64,000 bases of DNA from an uncultured Spartobacteria bacterium (GTDB lineage: Bacteria; Verrucomicrobiota; Verrucomicrobiia; Chthoniobacterales; UBA6821), in the NCBI GenBank assembly GCA_903847935.1, contig CAINEX010000108.1, forward strand, positions 514 through 64,513, in the 5' to 3' direction. The notes beneath the pieces are model-generated. The model ran no database searches. It saw only the letters and a program-made list of their open reading frames with translations, and was not told where the DNA came from. A program made the translations under genes and the position numbers. Below are positions 7,928 to 17,188 of this stretch, piece after piece. Numbering within the stretch: the first letter of the stretch is position 1; each line of letters opens with the position of its first letter.

Positions 7928-9634
7928 ATGAACCTTGATCCGAATCAAAAGATTGCCGGCATCCTGATGCCTCTGTTCGCCCTGCGAGGACGGCATGACC
8001 TTGGCATCGGTGATACCGAAGCTCTCCGCGAGGCCATTGCTTGGGCGGCTGAAAACAATTTTCGGGCACTCCAGATCCTGCCGGTCAACGAAACGGGTAG
8101 CGATAACAGCCCCTACAATGTCCTGAGCGCTTTCGCCCTGGATCCCACGACAATCACCACTCACCCCTCCTGGCTTCCAGAACTGACTCCCGGCGACTTC
8201 AGGGCCATCGTGGAACGGCATGATCTGGAGTCTCTTCGCAAAGGACCGGTGGATTATACTGCCGTCAAATCTCTCAAGAGAGAACTACTGGAGGCGGCAT
8301 GGAAGCGGTTTAACAGAGGTGACGGGAGAAACGGACGGGCTAAACTTTTTTCCCGCTTCCTGGATCAGCACACCGGATGGCTACCGGATTACACGCTTTA
8401 CCGTGTGCTACTCGAAAGGAACGGCTGTATCGAGGATTTTACCTCATGGCCCCGCGGACAGCGGACCGCCGAGGAGGCAAGGATTTGGGTTGCCGGTCTC
8501 AATGTATCAGAGCGTCAGGCCTTTGAGGAAAGACGTCTTTATTTTGCATTCATCCAGTGGATCGCCTTCTCACAATGGTCCATGATCGCCGATCTCGCGG
8601 ATACCTTGGGAGTGGCTTTAATCGGGGATGTGCCTGTGGGTGTCTCGGCGGGAGGTGCGGATGTCTTTGCCTCTCCGGGTGATTTCGATCTCACGCGCTC
8701 CTGCGGTGCGCCTCCCGAGAAGGTCTTCAAGTCGGATCCCTTCACCGAGCAGTGGGGGCAGAACTGGGGATTTCCTCTCTACAGGTGGGAAGTGATGGCC
8801 CGTGGAAATTTCATCTGGTGGCGCAGGCGCCTGAGGCTTCTTCGCTCCGTCTTCCACATGCTTCGAGTCGATCATGCACTCGGTTTTTTCCGTATCTACA
8901 GCTTTCCCTGGCCCCCGAACCGCAATCCCGAATTCACGGGGCTTTCCGGGGAACAGGCAAGGGCACTCACAGGTGGACCTCTTCCTCGATTCATCGATAC
9001 CGACGATGATACCCCCGAGCATCGAGAGCATAACCGCTGCCATGGGGAGATCCTTCTCTCGATTCTAAACGAGGAAATAGGAAACCACAGGCTGATTGCC
9101 GAGGATCTTGGGGAGGTCGCTCCCTACGTGCGTCCCGTCATGAGTCAAATGGGGTTGCCGGGTTTCAAAATCCCCATGTGGGAACGCTCCGAGAACGCTT
9201 CCATGCTTCCGGGAAGCGCCTACGAAAGAATTTCCGTGGCAACCTATGCAACACATGATCATCCACCAATGATGTCTCTCTGGGAAGAATGGCAAGAAGG
9301 GGCGGCTAAAGAGGGTGATGAGGGTGCAGGTTGCCGAAAAATCCTTGATGAGTTGCTGGAGTTTGCGGGCCATCCTGAAATCGATAGAATGACCCCCTTC
9401 CCCGGAAAGGTTCATGAGGCGTTATTAGGGGGCTTACTCGCCTGCAATTCATGGATTGTCATCCCCATGATCACGGATCTCTTTTCTTCCTCCCTTAGGT
9501 TTAATGTGCCTGGTGCCGTTGGTTCGGCAAACTGGACCGCACGACTCCCGGAACCTGTCCTTGAGTGGAACCGACTCCGGGAAAGCTTTCTCTCCGACTG
9601 GCGCAAATCCGTTCTTGGGCATAATCGGTACTAG
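7928..9634 (+). CDS. malQ: 4-alpha-glucanotransferase (amylomaltase, GH77)
   Basis: 568 aa. The N-terminus (GILMPLFALRGRHDLGIGD...LQILPVNETG..SPYNVLSAFALDP) and the later RVDHALGFFR motif are typical of GH77. Confidence 0.85.
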   Translation: MNLDPNQKIAGILMPLFALRGRHDLGIGDTEALREAIAWAAENNFRALQILPVNETGSDNSPYNVLSAFALDPTTITTHPSWLPELTPGDFRAIVERHDLESLRKGPVDYTAVKSLKRELLEAAWKRFNRGDGRNGRAKLFSRFLDQHTGWLPDYTLYRVLLERNGCIEDFTSWPRGQRTAEEARIWVAGLNVSERQAFEERRLYFAFIQWIAFSQWSMIADLADTLGVALIGDVPVGVSAGGADVFASPGDFDLTRSCGAPPEKVFKSDPFTEQWGQNWGFPLYRWEVMARGNFIWWRRRLRLLRSVFHMLRVDHALGFFRIYSFPWPPNRNPEFTGLSGEQARALTGGPLPRFIDTDDDTPEHREHNRCHGEILLSILNEEIGNHRLIAEDLGEVAPYVRPVMSQMGLPGFKIPMWERSENASMLPGSAYERISVATYATHDHPPMMSLWEEWQEGAAKEGDEGAGCRKILDELLEFAGHPEIDRMTPFPGKVHEALLGGLLACNSWIVIPMITDLFSSSLRFNVPGAVGSANWTARLPEPVLEWNRLRESFLSDWRKSVLGHNRY

Positions 9635-9757
9635 CGACTTCTTGGAATCCCATTCATCCGTGCTTGCAATTCTATCTTTCCGAGAGTAGGACATCCGATT
9701 CCTTTCAAGTCCTCTAGCCCTCCAATCCAGAGAAAAACCACTTCCATACCAATTAAA

Positions 9758-10096
9758 ATGGCTAATCTAACCAAACGTGACCTTGTCGTCGCCATCAGCA
9801 ATGAAACTGGTCTTATCCAGAGCGATGTCTTCAACGTAATCCAAAAAACTCTGGATCACATCACGGAAGCGCTGGCCAAAGGTGAAGGGGTGGAACTCCG
9901 TAATTTCGGTGTATTCGAGGTCCGTTTGACCCGTTCCCGCGTTGGCCGTAATCCGAATCTCCCGGATGTCGATGTGCCCATTCCCTCCAGAGCTACGGTC
10001 AAGTTCAAGGCCGGAAAGATCATGCGCCAGCGCGTTCTGCTCCGTACAGAGGAGTTGAGACATACGGTCAAGGTGAAGACAAGCGGTACGGAATGA
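9758..10096 (+). CDS. HU/IHF-family DNA-binding protein with a C-terminal tail
   Basis: MANLTKRDLVVAIS...VELRNFGVFEVR...RVGRNPNLPDVDVPIPSRATVKFKAGK is the HU/IHF fold with a beta-arm (RNP). About 20 extra C-terminal residues. Confidence 0.85.
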   Translation: MANLTKRDLVVAISNETGLIQSDVFNVIQKTLDHITEALAKGEGVELRNFGVFEVRLTRSRVGRNPNLPDVDVPIPSRATVKFKAGKIMRQRVLLRTEELRHTVKVKTSGTE

Positions 10097-10135
10097 TCCA
10101 ATCCGGGATGATTCCTCCACTTTAGCAATCAACAG

Positions 10136-13100
10136 GTGCCCGAAGCTCCCCGAATACGCCTTCAGGGCGTAACGCAGAACAACCTCAAGGGCATAGATCT
10201 GGACCTTCCCACAGGGTCACTCATTGTGGTCACTGGCCCTAGCGGTTCCGGAAAATCCAGCCTAGCCTTTGATACCATCTATGCGGAGGGACAGAGACGT
10301 TATGTGGAGACATTCAGTCCCTACACTCGGCAGTTTCTGGACAGAATGGATAAACCTCGCGTGGCATCCATCGAGGGGATTCCACCGGCCATTGCGATCG
10401 AGCAGAGCAACAGTGTAAAAACAACAAGGTCCACGGTCGGGACTATCACGGAGATCAATGACTACCTGAAACTCCTGATGACACGCGTGGCCTCCGCCTC
10501 ATGCCCAAGTTGTCACAGGCGAGTCTCGCCCGAGTCCCCGGAATCAGTCACCGAGACTCTTCTCAAAGGCCTCAAGGGGCGCCGACTTCTCATTACCTTC
10601 CCGGTGACAACCCGTTCGGAATCGCAAGAGGGGGAACCTGAGTCAAAGGCACGAAAACCCGCTGACTTTTTCACCTTTCTCCAGGAGCAAGGGTATCTTC
10701 GCGTCTGGATCGATGGAGCAATCCACCGTACGGACGAACCTATCTTGCTCAAGCGCCTGCCACCCGTTGTCTCCGTCATCCAAGACCGGCTTGAAATTAG
10801 CCAAAAAGAAAGGGGGCGTCTCACCGAGGCTATCGAGACTGCCCTTATACTTGGGAAGGAGCGGGTCACTCTTCTCGACCCGGACACAGGAGAAACCTTT
10901 CCACACTCCTCAGGATGGCATTGCGCCCATTGCGACATTGATATCCGCCCCCCCTCCCCCGGCCTTTTCAGTTTTAACAACCCCCTGGGCGCCTGCAATG
11001 ACTGTCGCGGATTCGGCAGGGTGATTGGCCTGGATTATGACCGGATCATGCCGGATCGTTCGATGAGTATCGCCTCAGGGGTGGTCAAACCATTCCAAAG
11101 CGGACAGTCAAGGGATTGCCAGCGGGATCTTCTGCGTGCCTGCGCCATGCGGGACGTGGATGTCCATCTTCCCTTTGAAGAACTTCCGGAGGCGGACCAA
11201 CAATTCGTGATCGAAGGTGAGAAGGATGCCGATCTCACGTCGGAGGAGCTTTGGGAAAACAAGCGCTGGTACGGGGTGCAAGGTTTCTTCAAATGGATGG
11301 AGAAAAGGACCTACAAGATGCATATACGCGTCTTCCTGAGTCGTTACCGCAATTACACCCCGTGCACGTCGTGCAAGGGGGGGCGCTTCCAACCGGAAAC
11401 CTTGAACTATCGCCTCCCGGTTCCGGAGGGAGCACTAACGCTTCCTGAGATCGCGGCTACCCCCGTTTCAAGTCTCTCTGAACTCCTTCGCAAACTTCCG
11501 TTGCCTATCGGAGACACGGGAGCCGCCATGCTCCTCCAGCAGATCGTCTCAAGGCTTGGCTATTTGGAGTCGGTCGGACTCGGATATCTGACTCTCGACC
11601 GCACAACCAAAACCCTCAGTGGGGGTGAAATCGAACGTGTCAACCTGACAACATGCCTTGGGGCTTCGTTGGTTAATACGCTCTTCGTAATGGACGAGCC
11701 AAGTGTGGGACTTCACCCGAGGGATATCGGCAGGTTACTTGGGATCATGAAAGCCCTTCGCGACAAGGGAAACACTATCCTAGTCGTGGAACATGAGGAG
11801 GCCATCATCCGTTCGGCTGATCATATCATCGATCTGGGTCCAGGACGTGGACAGAACGGGGGTGAGTTGATGTTCTCGGGGCCATTGTCAGAACTTGCAT
11901 CATCCAAGGAATCCCTCACCGCCGCTTATCTTCGGGGTGACAAATCGATCGGCATCCCCAAGAAACGGCGTAAGCCCTCCGAGTGGATCGAAATCAAGGG
12001 GATCCGTCATCACAACCTGAACAAGCTTGATATCAGTTTTCCGCTTGGGGTTTTCTGCTGTGTGACAGGTGTTTCGGGCTCCGGGAAAAGCTCCCTTGTC
12101 CGTGATGTTCTCTACAGGAATCTCACCTCCGCCGCAGTCGAGGAGGGTGAAGCCGCAGGCAGGTGCCGATCGATCAAAGGCGGAGACGACCTCTCCGATG
12201 TGGTGATGGTCGACCAGTCTCCCCTCTCTCGAACCCCCCGTTCCACCCCCGCTCTCTATCTGGGAGTCTTTGATTCCATTCGGGAACTCTTCGGAATGGA
12301 AGATGAAGCCATCACTGCAGGAATGAGCCCCTCCGCCTTTTCTTTCAACTCGGGCCAGGGACGGTGCGATCGTTGTTCGGGACTCGGGTTTGAAAAGGTT
12401 GAGATGCAGTTTTTGAGTGATCTGTTCATCCGTTGCCCCGAGTGCGAGGGACGACGCTATCAGGAGAGGGTGCTTGCCATCCGACATCGTGGAAAAACAA
12501 TTCACGACGTTCTCGAGATGACCGCAAGTGAAGCGATTTCGTTTTTTAAGAAGGGTCCCAAAGCCGAGGCTATCTGCGCCCCATTGCAACTCCTTTCCGA
12601 TGTAGGTCTGGATTATCTGAAACTCGGGCAACCAATGAACGTCCTCAGCGGCGGAGAATCACAGCGCCTGAAGCTGGCGGCCCGCCTTGCCGGTCATGAA
12701 CCGGGCGGTGCATTACTTATTTTTGACGAACCGACCACCGGCCTGCACATTGACGACATCTCGATTCTGCTCAAGGCCTTTCAACGTCTTGTTGCGGAGG
12801 GAAACAGTGTCGTTGTCATTGAGCACAACCTGGATGTGATCAAAACTGCCGATTGGGTCATCGATATCGGTCCGGAAGGCGGCGGGGGGGGAGGCAGACT
12901 AGTTGTCGCCGGCACGCCGGAAAAAATTGCCGCTGAAAAAACATCTCATACCGGGCGCCATCTCATCGAGGTACTGGAAGGAAGAACACCGATTCTTCTG
13001 GAGAAAGCGGAATCATCCCAAGCGTCCCAGGAACGCAATGAATTCATCCGGATCAGAGGAGCACGTGAGCATAATCTGAAAAATTTTGATATCGATATAC

Positions 13101-15748
13101 CTAGGGGCGAGATGATGGTCGTAACCGGCCTTAGCGGAAGCGGAAAATCAACTCTTGCCTTTGACATCCTGTTCGCCGAGGGACAAAGGCGCTTCCTCGA
13201 CAGCATGTCCCCCTACGCGAGGCAGTTCGTCGAGCAGTTGGAAAAACCCGATGTGGATTCGATCGATGGACTGCCACCCAGTGTGGCCATTGAGCAACGC
13301 ATCACCCGAGGCGGAGGCAAATCCACTGTGGCAACGGTCACTGAAATCCACCAGTTCCTTCGTCTTCTATTTTCAAAACTGGGGGTGCAACATTGTCCCG
13401 AATGCAGCATAGCAGTGCAAAAAAGCTCACTGACCGCCGTGGCCAAGGAAATCGAGACGATGAGTGCAGATGCAGCGGTCCAACTCTTCGCCCCAAAGGT
13501 GAGGGGACGCAAAGGCTTCCATACCGATGTAGCGCGATGGGCCGAGGAACATGGGTTTCAGTCACTGCTTGTGGATGGTGAACTTGTCCAGGTGTCGGAC
13601 TTCAAACCCCTTGAACGCTTCAAGGAACACACGATCGACGTTCTCGTTGGCACCATAGAAAAAGGTGTTGCCAAAGGAGTTCTGGAACTGGCCAAGAGGG
13701 CCCTGGAAATCGGAAATGGTACGGCCAAGGCAAGAACCACGTCACAGAAATCCGAGACAACTCCAAAAACCAAAAAAGAAACAAAGACTGTTAATGGGAA
13801 AAAATCTTCCAAGGCATTGAAGAGTGAAGTCTCCCTTAGTTCTCAAAGCACCTACGGAGAGTTCAGGATTCTAAGCTCCGAAATGAACTGTGCTGACTGC
13901 GGTCGTTCCTTTGAGGAGTTGGATCCAAGACTTTTCTCGTTCAACTCCCCTCATGGATGGTGTGAGCACTGCCGGGGTTTCGGAGAAGTGTGGAGCGAAA
14001 TTCCCTCCTCAAAAGATTTTGACTCTCAATTGGAAGCGGACCTAGCCGCCGAAAAATCTTTTGAAAACCGCGAGGAGGGGGAGACGCGTCCATGCCCTGT
14101 CTGCCAAGGAAACCGTCTCAATCCAGTCGCCTGTGCTGTTCTTGTGGCCGGTGAAAGCATCGCCTCGTTCTCATCACGTCCGGCAAGTGATGCCCTGAAC
14201 CGGACCGCTGATTGGAAATTCAGTGGACGCGACGAGACAATCGCGCGAGATATCCTTCCTGAGATCAGGCAGAGACTCTCATTCCTGGCCCGCGTTGGCC
14301 TTGATTATCTGCAACTTGACCGCTCGGCAAAGACGCTCAGCGGAGGTGAATCCCAACGTATCCGCCTGGCCGCGCAGCTCGGCTCAAATCTACGAGGGGT
14401 CCTCTATGTGCTTGATGAACCGACGATCGGCCTTCATCCACGGGATAATACCCGGCTGCTCGATGCCCTTGAGGAGTTATCTGCGCAGGGCAACTCACTT
14501 CTCATTGTGGAGCATGACGAGGAGACCATGCGCCGTGCCTCAAAGATCATCGATCTTGGCCCGAAGGCTGGGAGTCATGGCGGAGAAATCATGGCTTTCG
14601 GGACCATGGCGGAGGTGATGGCAAATCCCCGATCGCTTACCGGAAAATTTTTGCGGGAGCCCCCCGTTCACCCCCAAAAAGGCTCTCGTCGGTCCCTCAC
14701 GGATGTCGCCAACTGGCTCGAATTGAAAGGTGCCAAGAGGCACAATCTGAACAATGTTGATGTAAAATTTCCCCTGCAGCGCCTGACAGCCATCAGCGGC
14801 ATCAGCGGATCCGGCAAAAGCACCCTCCTGAGAGGTGTTCTGCTTCCCGCTGTCGAGGAATCACTGAAACGGACCGGGCGCCGGAAAAAAGCAGGTCCTC
14901 AATATTGGAAGTCAATCTCCGGAACGCAGCATCTCACGCAGGTCATCGAAGTGGACCAGTCGCCGATCGGCAAGACCTCCCGCTCAACTCCCGCCACTTA
15001 TCTGAAAATCTTTGACGCGATCCGTACCGTTTACGCCGGCTTGCCCGAGGCTCGACTCCGCGGGTACACGGGAAGCCGTTTTTCTTTCAATAATCAGGAA
15101 GGCAGATGCCAGACCTGCGAGGGGCAGGGTGTCATCCGCCTAGAAATGAATTTCCTTCCCACATCGTTCATGCCTTGCGAGGACTGCTCGGGCAGCCGCT
15201 TTAACCGACAGACTCTTGAGGTCAGATATGATGGCAAGTCAATTGGTGATGTTCTGGATATGACTGTTGAACAAGCCGCCGACTTTTTCTCCGCTCACCC
15301 AAAAATCAGAAAACCCCTCCATCTGCTGTTGGAAACGGGCCTGGGTTACCTGCGCCTTGGACAGCCCAGCCCCACACTGAGTGGAGGAGAGGCCCAACGC
15401 ATCAAACTAGTCACTCAACTGGCGCGGGGGGGGGCATCCGATCGCCCCAGGATGGCGACTCGCGGGGGGACTCTCTATATCCTTGAGGAACCGACCATCG
15501 GGCTTCATGCCGCCGATGTGGAACTTCTACAAAGCGTGCTACACCGTTTGGTCGACGAGGGGCATACGGTGATCGTCGTCGAGCATCATATGGATCTAAT
15601 CGCTGAAGCAGATTACCTAGTGGACGTTGGTCCGGAAGCAGGAAAGCATGGCGGGGAGATTGTGGCCACAGGCACCCCAGAAGATGTCGCAAAGAGCAGG
15701 ATCAGTCGAACGGCCCCATTCCTCAAAGAGATCCTAGCCAGAAAATAA
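10136..15748 (+). CDS. uvrA: Tandem-duplicated UvrA-like excinuclease ABC subunit A (two complete UvrA units, four ABC modules)
   Basis: GTG start, 1,870 aa. Four Walker A motifs (GPSGSGKSS, GVSGSGKSS, GLSGSGKST, GISGSGKST), four LSGGE signature motifs, and six CxxC...CxxC zinc modules. The second unit starts near nt 13037 (NEFIRIRGAREHNLKN). Confidence 0.9.
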   Translation: MPEAPRIRLQGVTQNNLKGIDLDLPTGSLIVVTGPSGSGKSSLAFDTIYAEGQRRYVETFSPYTRQFLDRMDKPRVASIEGIPPAIAIEQSNSVKTTRSTVGTITEINDYLKLLMTRVASASCPSCHRRVSPESPESVTETLLKGLKGRRLLITFPVTTRSESQEGEPESKARKPADFFTFLQEQGYLRVWIDGAIHRTDEPILLKRLPPVVSVIQDRLEISQKERGRLTEAIETALILGKERVTLLDPDTGETFPHSSGWHCAHCDIDIRPPSPGLFSFNNPLGACNDCRGFGRVIGLDYDRIMPDRSMSIASGVVKPFQSGQSRDCQRDLLRACAMRDVDVHLPFEELPEADQQFVIEGEKDADLTSEELWENKRWYGVQGFFKWMEKRTYKMHIRVFLSRYRNYTPCTSCKGGRFQPETLNYRLPVPEGALTLPEIAATPVSSLSELLRKLPLPIGDTGAAMLLQQIVSRLGYLESVGLGYLTLDRTTKTLSGGEIERVNLTTCLGASLVNTLFVMDEPSVGLHPRDIGRLLGIMKALRDKGNTILVVEHEEAIIRSADHIIDLGPGRGQNGGELMFSGPLSELASSKESLTAAYLRGDKSIGIPKKRRKPSEWIEIKGIRHHNLNKLDISFPLGVFCCVTGVSGSGKSSLVRDVLYRNLTSAAVEEGEAAGRCRSIKGGDDLSDVVMVDQSPLSRTPRSTPALYLGVFDSIRELFGMEDEAITAGMSPSAFSFNSGQGRCDRCSGLGFEKVEMQFLSDLFIRCPECEGRRYQERVLAIRHRGKTIHDVLEMTASEAISFFKKGPKAEAICAPLQLLSDVGLDYLKLGQPMNVLSGGESQRLKLAARLAGHEPGGALLIFDEPTTGLHIDDISILLKAFQRLVAEGNSVVVIEHNLDVIKTADWVIDIGPEGGGGGGRLVVAGTPEKIAAEKTSHTGRHLIEVLEGRTPILLEKAESSQASQERNEFIRIRGAREHNLKNFDIDIPRGEMMVVTGLSGSGKSTLAFDILFAEGQRRFLDSMSPYARQFVEQLEKPDVDSIDGLPPSVAIEQRITRGGGKSTVATVTEIHQFLRLLFSKLGVQHCPECSIAVQKSSLTAVAKEIETMSADAAVQLFAPKVRGRKGFHTDVARWAEEHGFQSLLVDGELVQVSDFKPLERFKEHTIDVLVGTIEKGVAKGVLELAKRALEIGNGTAKARTTSQKSETTPKTKKETKTVNGKKSSKALKSEVSLSSQSTYGEFRILSSEMNCADCGRSFEELDPRLFSFNSPHGWCEHCRGFGEVWSEIPSSKDFDSQLEADLAAEKSFENREEGETRPCPVCQGNRLNPVACAVLVAGESIASFSSRPASDALNRTADWKFSGRDETIARDILPEIRQRLSFLARVGLDYLQLDRSAKTLSGGESQRIRLAAQLGSNLRGVLYVLDEPTIGLHPRDNTRLLDALEELSAQGNSLLIVEHDEETMRRASKIIDLGPKAGSHGGEIMAFGTMAEVMANPRSLTGKFLREPPVHPQKGSRRSLTDVANWLELKGAKRHNLNNVDVKFPLQRLTAISGISGSGKSTLLRGVLLPAVEESLKRTGRRKKAGPQYWKSISGTQHLTQVIEVDQSPIGKTSRSTPATYLKIFDAIRTVYAGLPEARLRGYTGSRFSFNNQEGRCQTCEGQGVIRLEMNFLPTSFMPCEDCSGSRFNRQTLEVRYDGKSIGDVLDMTVEQAADFFSAHPKIRKPLHLLLETGLGYLRLGQPSPTLSGGEAQRIKLVTQLARGGASDRPRMATRGGTLYILEEPTIGLHAADVELLQSVLHRLVDEGHTVIVVEHHMDLIAEADYLVDVGPEAGKHGGEIVATGTPEDVAKSRISRTAPFLKEILARK

Positions 15749-15813
15749 GAAATCTTGATGGTCGGAAATCCGTAAGAGGAAATCATTTGGCCGTTGCTAA
15801 CGGGTTCGGGGAC

Positions 15814-15841
15814 TTGCCTTATGAAGTTATTTCACTAATCT
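15814..15841 (+). promoter_or_regulatory. Candidate sigma70-type promoter of rnpB
   Basis: TTGCCT (15814-15819), a 16-nt spacer, then TAATCT (15836-15841). The predicted start about 7 nt downstream coincides with the inferred 5' end of the RNase P RNA P1 helix. Confidence 0.4.
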
Positions 15842-15847
15842 TCCCAT

Positions 15848-16276
15848 TGTGATGACGGTTGGTCGCTGGGAGAGATCCTAGAGGAAAGTCCGGACACCAT
15901 ACGGCGGCATACCGTGTAGAATACGCGGGAGGCAGGAATGAAAATTCCGGTCGACGGAAAGTGTCACAGAAAACAGACCACCTCCGCTCGATACTTTGCA
16001 AGAAGTGTTGACTGAAGGTAAGGGTGAAAAGGCGGGGTAAGAGCCCACCGCCCCATGCGTGAGCACGGGGGCACGAAAAACCCTATGCGGTGCAAGACAG
16101 AACAGGGGAAGAGGCAGCCGGCTTCGAAGGCTGACCATTGGTCAGTCGCTACCCCGGGTAACGTCGCACCCGTCGCAAGACGGGCGGAACTCTCCGGTTC
16201 GCCGGTGAGTTCCGAGAGAAATGACCATCCATGCTGGAGAAATCCAGCCTGACAAAATCCGGCTTATAGTCGTCAC
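15848..16276 (+). ncRNA. rnpB: RNase P RNA, bacterial type A
   Basis: Universally conserved blocks are visible: GAGGAAAGTCCGGAC (P4 5' side), ACAGAAAACAGACCACC, GTAAGGGTGAAAAGGCGGGGTAAGAGCCCACCG, and ACAAAATCCGGCTTATAG (P4 3' side). The 5' GTGATGAC pairs with the 3' GTCGTCAC to form P1. The ends are approximate (+/-5 nt). Confidence 0.93.
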
Positions 16277-16281
16277 ACTAT

Positions 16282-16320
16282 GCGGGGGTGATTCCGAGAG
16301 GGATCGCCCCCGCTCCTTTT
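16282..16320 (+). terminator. Intrinsic terminator after rnpB
   Basis: GCGGGGGTGAT-tccgagagg-ATCGCCCCCGC forms an 11-bp stem including one G-U pair, followed by TCCTTTTT. Confidence 0.7.
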
Positions 16321-16404
16321 TACCACTTTCATTCCCAGAAATTCCTATATCAAAAAATGGGGATTTCTTTCCGATGGTTGGTTTTTCATGCTACACCCCA
16401 TTAG

Positions 16405-16815
16405 ATGGTAAAAATTACTTCTGTTTACGATGGAGGCCTCCGATGCACGGCGATCCATGCTCCATCGGGCATCCGGTTGATCACGGATGCTCCGGTCGAT
16501 AATCACGGCAAGGGGGAGAGCTTTTCTCCAACCGATCTGGTTGCCACCGCAGTCGCCAACTGCATGATGACCGTCATGGGGATCACCGCAGAGCGACACG
16601 GAATAAACCTCAAGGGAACCACGGTCATCCTTTTTAAGGAGATGAGTCGCGATCTTCCACGCCGAATTGTTAGCCTACGGTCCGAGATGTCGATTCCACT
16701 TCCCGCTGATCACCCGCAGCGTCCCCTCTTGGAGGCGGCAGCCAAAGCTTGCCCAGTAAAACAGAGTCTATCACCTGACATTGATTCCACCATTGATTTC
16801 AGTTGGGTGGGATAA
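16405..16815 (+). CDS. OsmC/Ohr-family peroxiredoxin-like protein
   Basis: 136 aa. GKGESFSPTDLVATAVANCMMTVMG and the C-terminal AAAKACPV contain the two family cysteines. Confidence 0.8.
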   Translation: MVKITSVYDGGLRCTAIHAPSGIRLITDAPVDNHGKGESFSPTDLVATAVANCMMTVMGITAERHGINLKGTTVILFKEMSRDLPRRIVSLRSEMSIPLPADHPQRPLLEAAAKACPVKQSLSPDIDSTIDFSWVG

Positions 16816-16837
16816 GCCTCGCCCCGTATAATCGTTC

Positions 16838-17185
16838 TCACTGAATCCAAAGAAAGCTTACTCCGGGATTAGAAATTTCCAGATCACGATCGAACCGGAG
16901 TTCTGGAGCTGCATCAATCATCTCGAGAGATACGGGGTGAAAAATGGAAAATTCCTCGCCTGTTGCGTAGCCAAGGATGTCACCGTCACGCTGATACTCA
17001 TTGAAGACTTTTCTTAAGCCAGTTCTTAGGATCCCTCCCGTTCCACCTGAACCGTAACCATGGATGATCTTGAGAACGCTAACACCCTCTCCATGGCATC
17101 TCCTCACTTCAAGCATGAGCCTTCTTTTGGCCTCCTCGAGAGTCGGCAACCCTTCCTTGATCGTGACCTCACGGAGCAGCGGCAT
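16838..17185 (-). CDS. Stand-alone Smr-domain protein
   Basis: 115 aa. LKIIHGYGSGGTGGILR resembles the Smr HGxG core. It starts 3 nt after the clpB stop. Confidence 0.65.
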   Translation of the reverse strand: MPLLREVTIKEGLPTLEEAKRRLMLEVRRCHGEGVSVLKIIHGYGSGGTGGILRTGLRKVFNEYQRDGDILGYATGEEFSIFHPVSLEMIDAAPELRFDRDLEISNPGVSFLWIQ

Positions 17186-17188
17186 CCC

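Noticed and set aside
12884-15434. G8 (12884-12891) and G9 (15426-15434) homopolymers inside uvrA, and A9 at about 62365-62373, as possible phase-variation tracts
   Set aside because: At about 50% GC, roughly one or two runs of 8 nt or longer are expected by chance in 64 kb counted on both strands. The G-runs encode conserved Gly stretches (GPEGGGGGG, ARGGAS). Nothing else supports slipped-strand switching.
15819-16502. Several 60-93-aa ORFs (15819..16001, 15878..16138, 16055..16252, 16221..16502)
   Set aside because: They lie within or overlap the RNase P RNA gene and its terminator. The conserved rnpB blocks explain the region.
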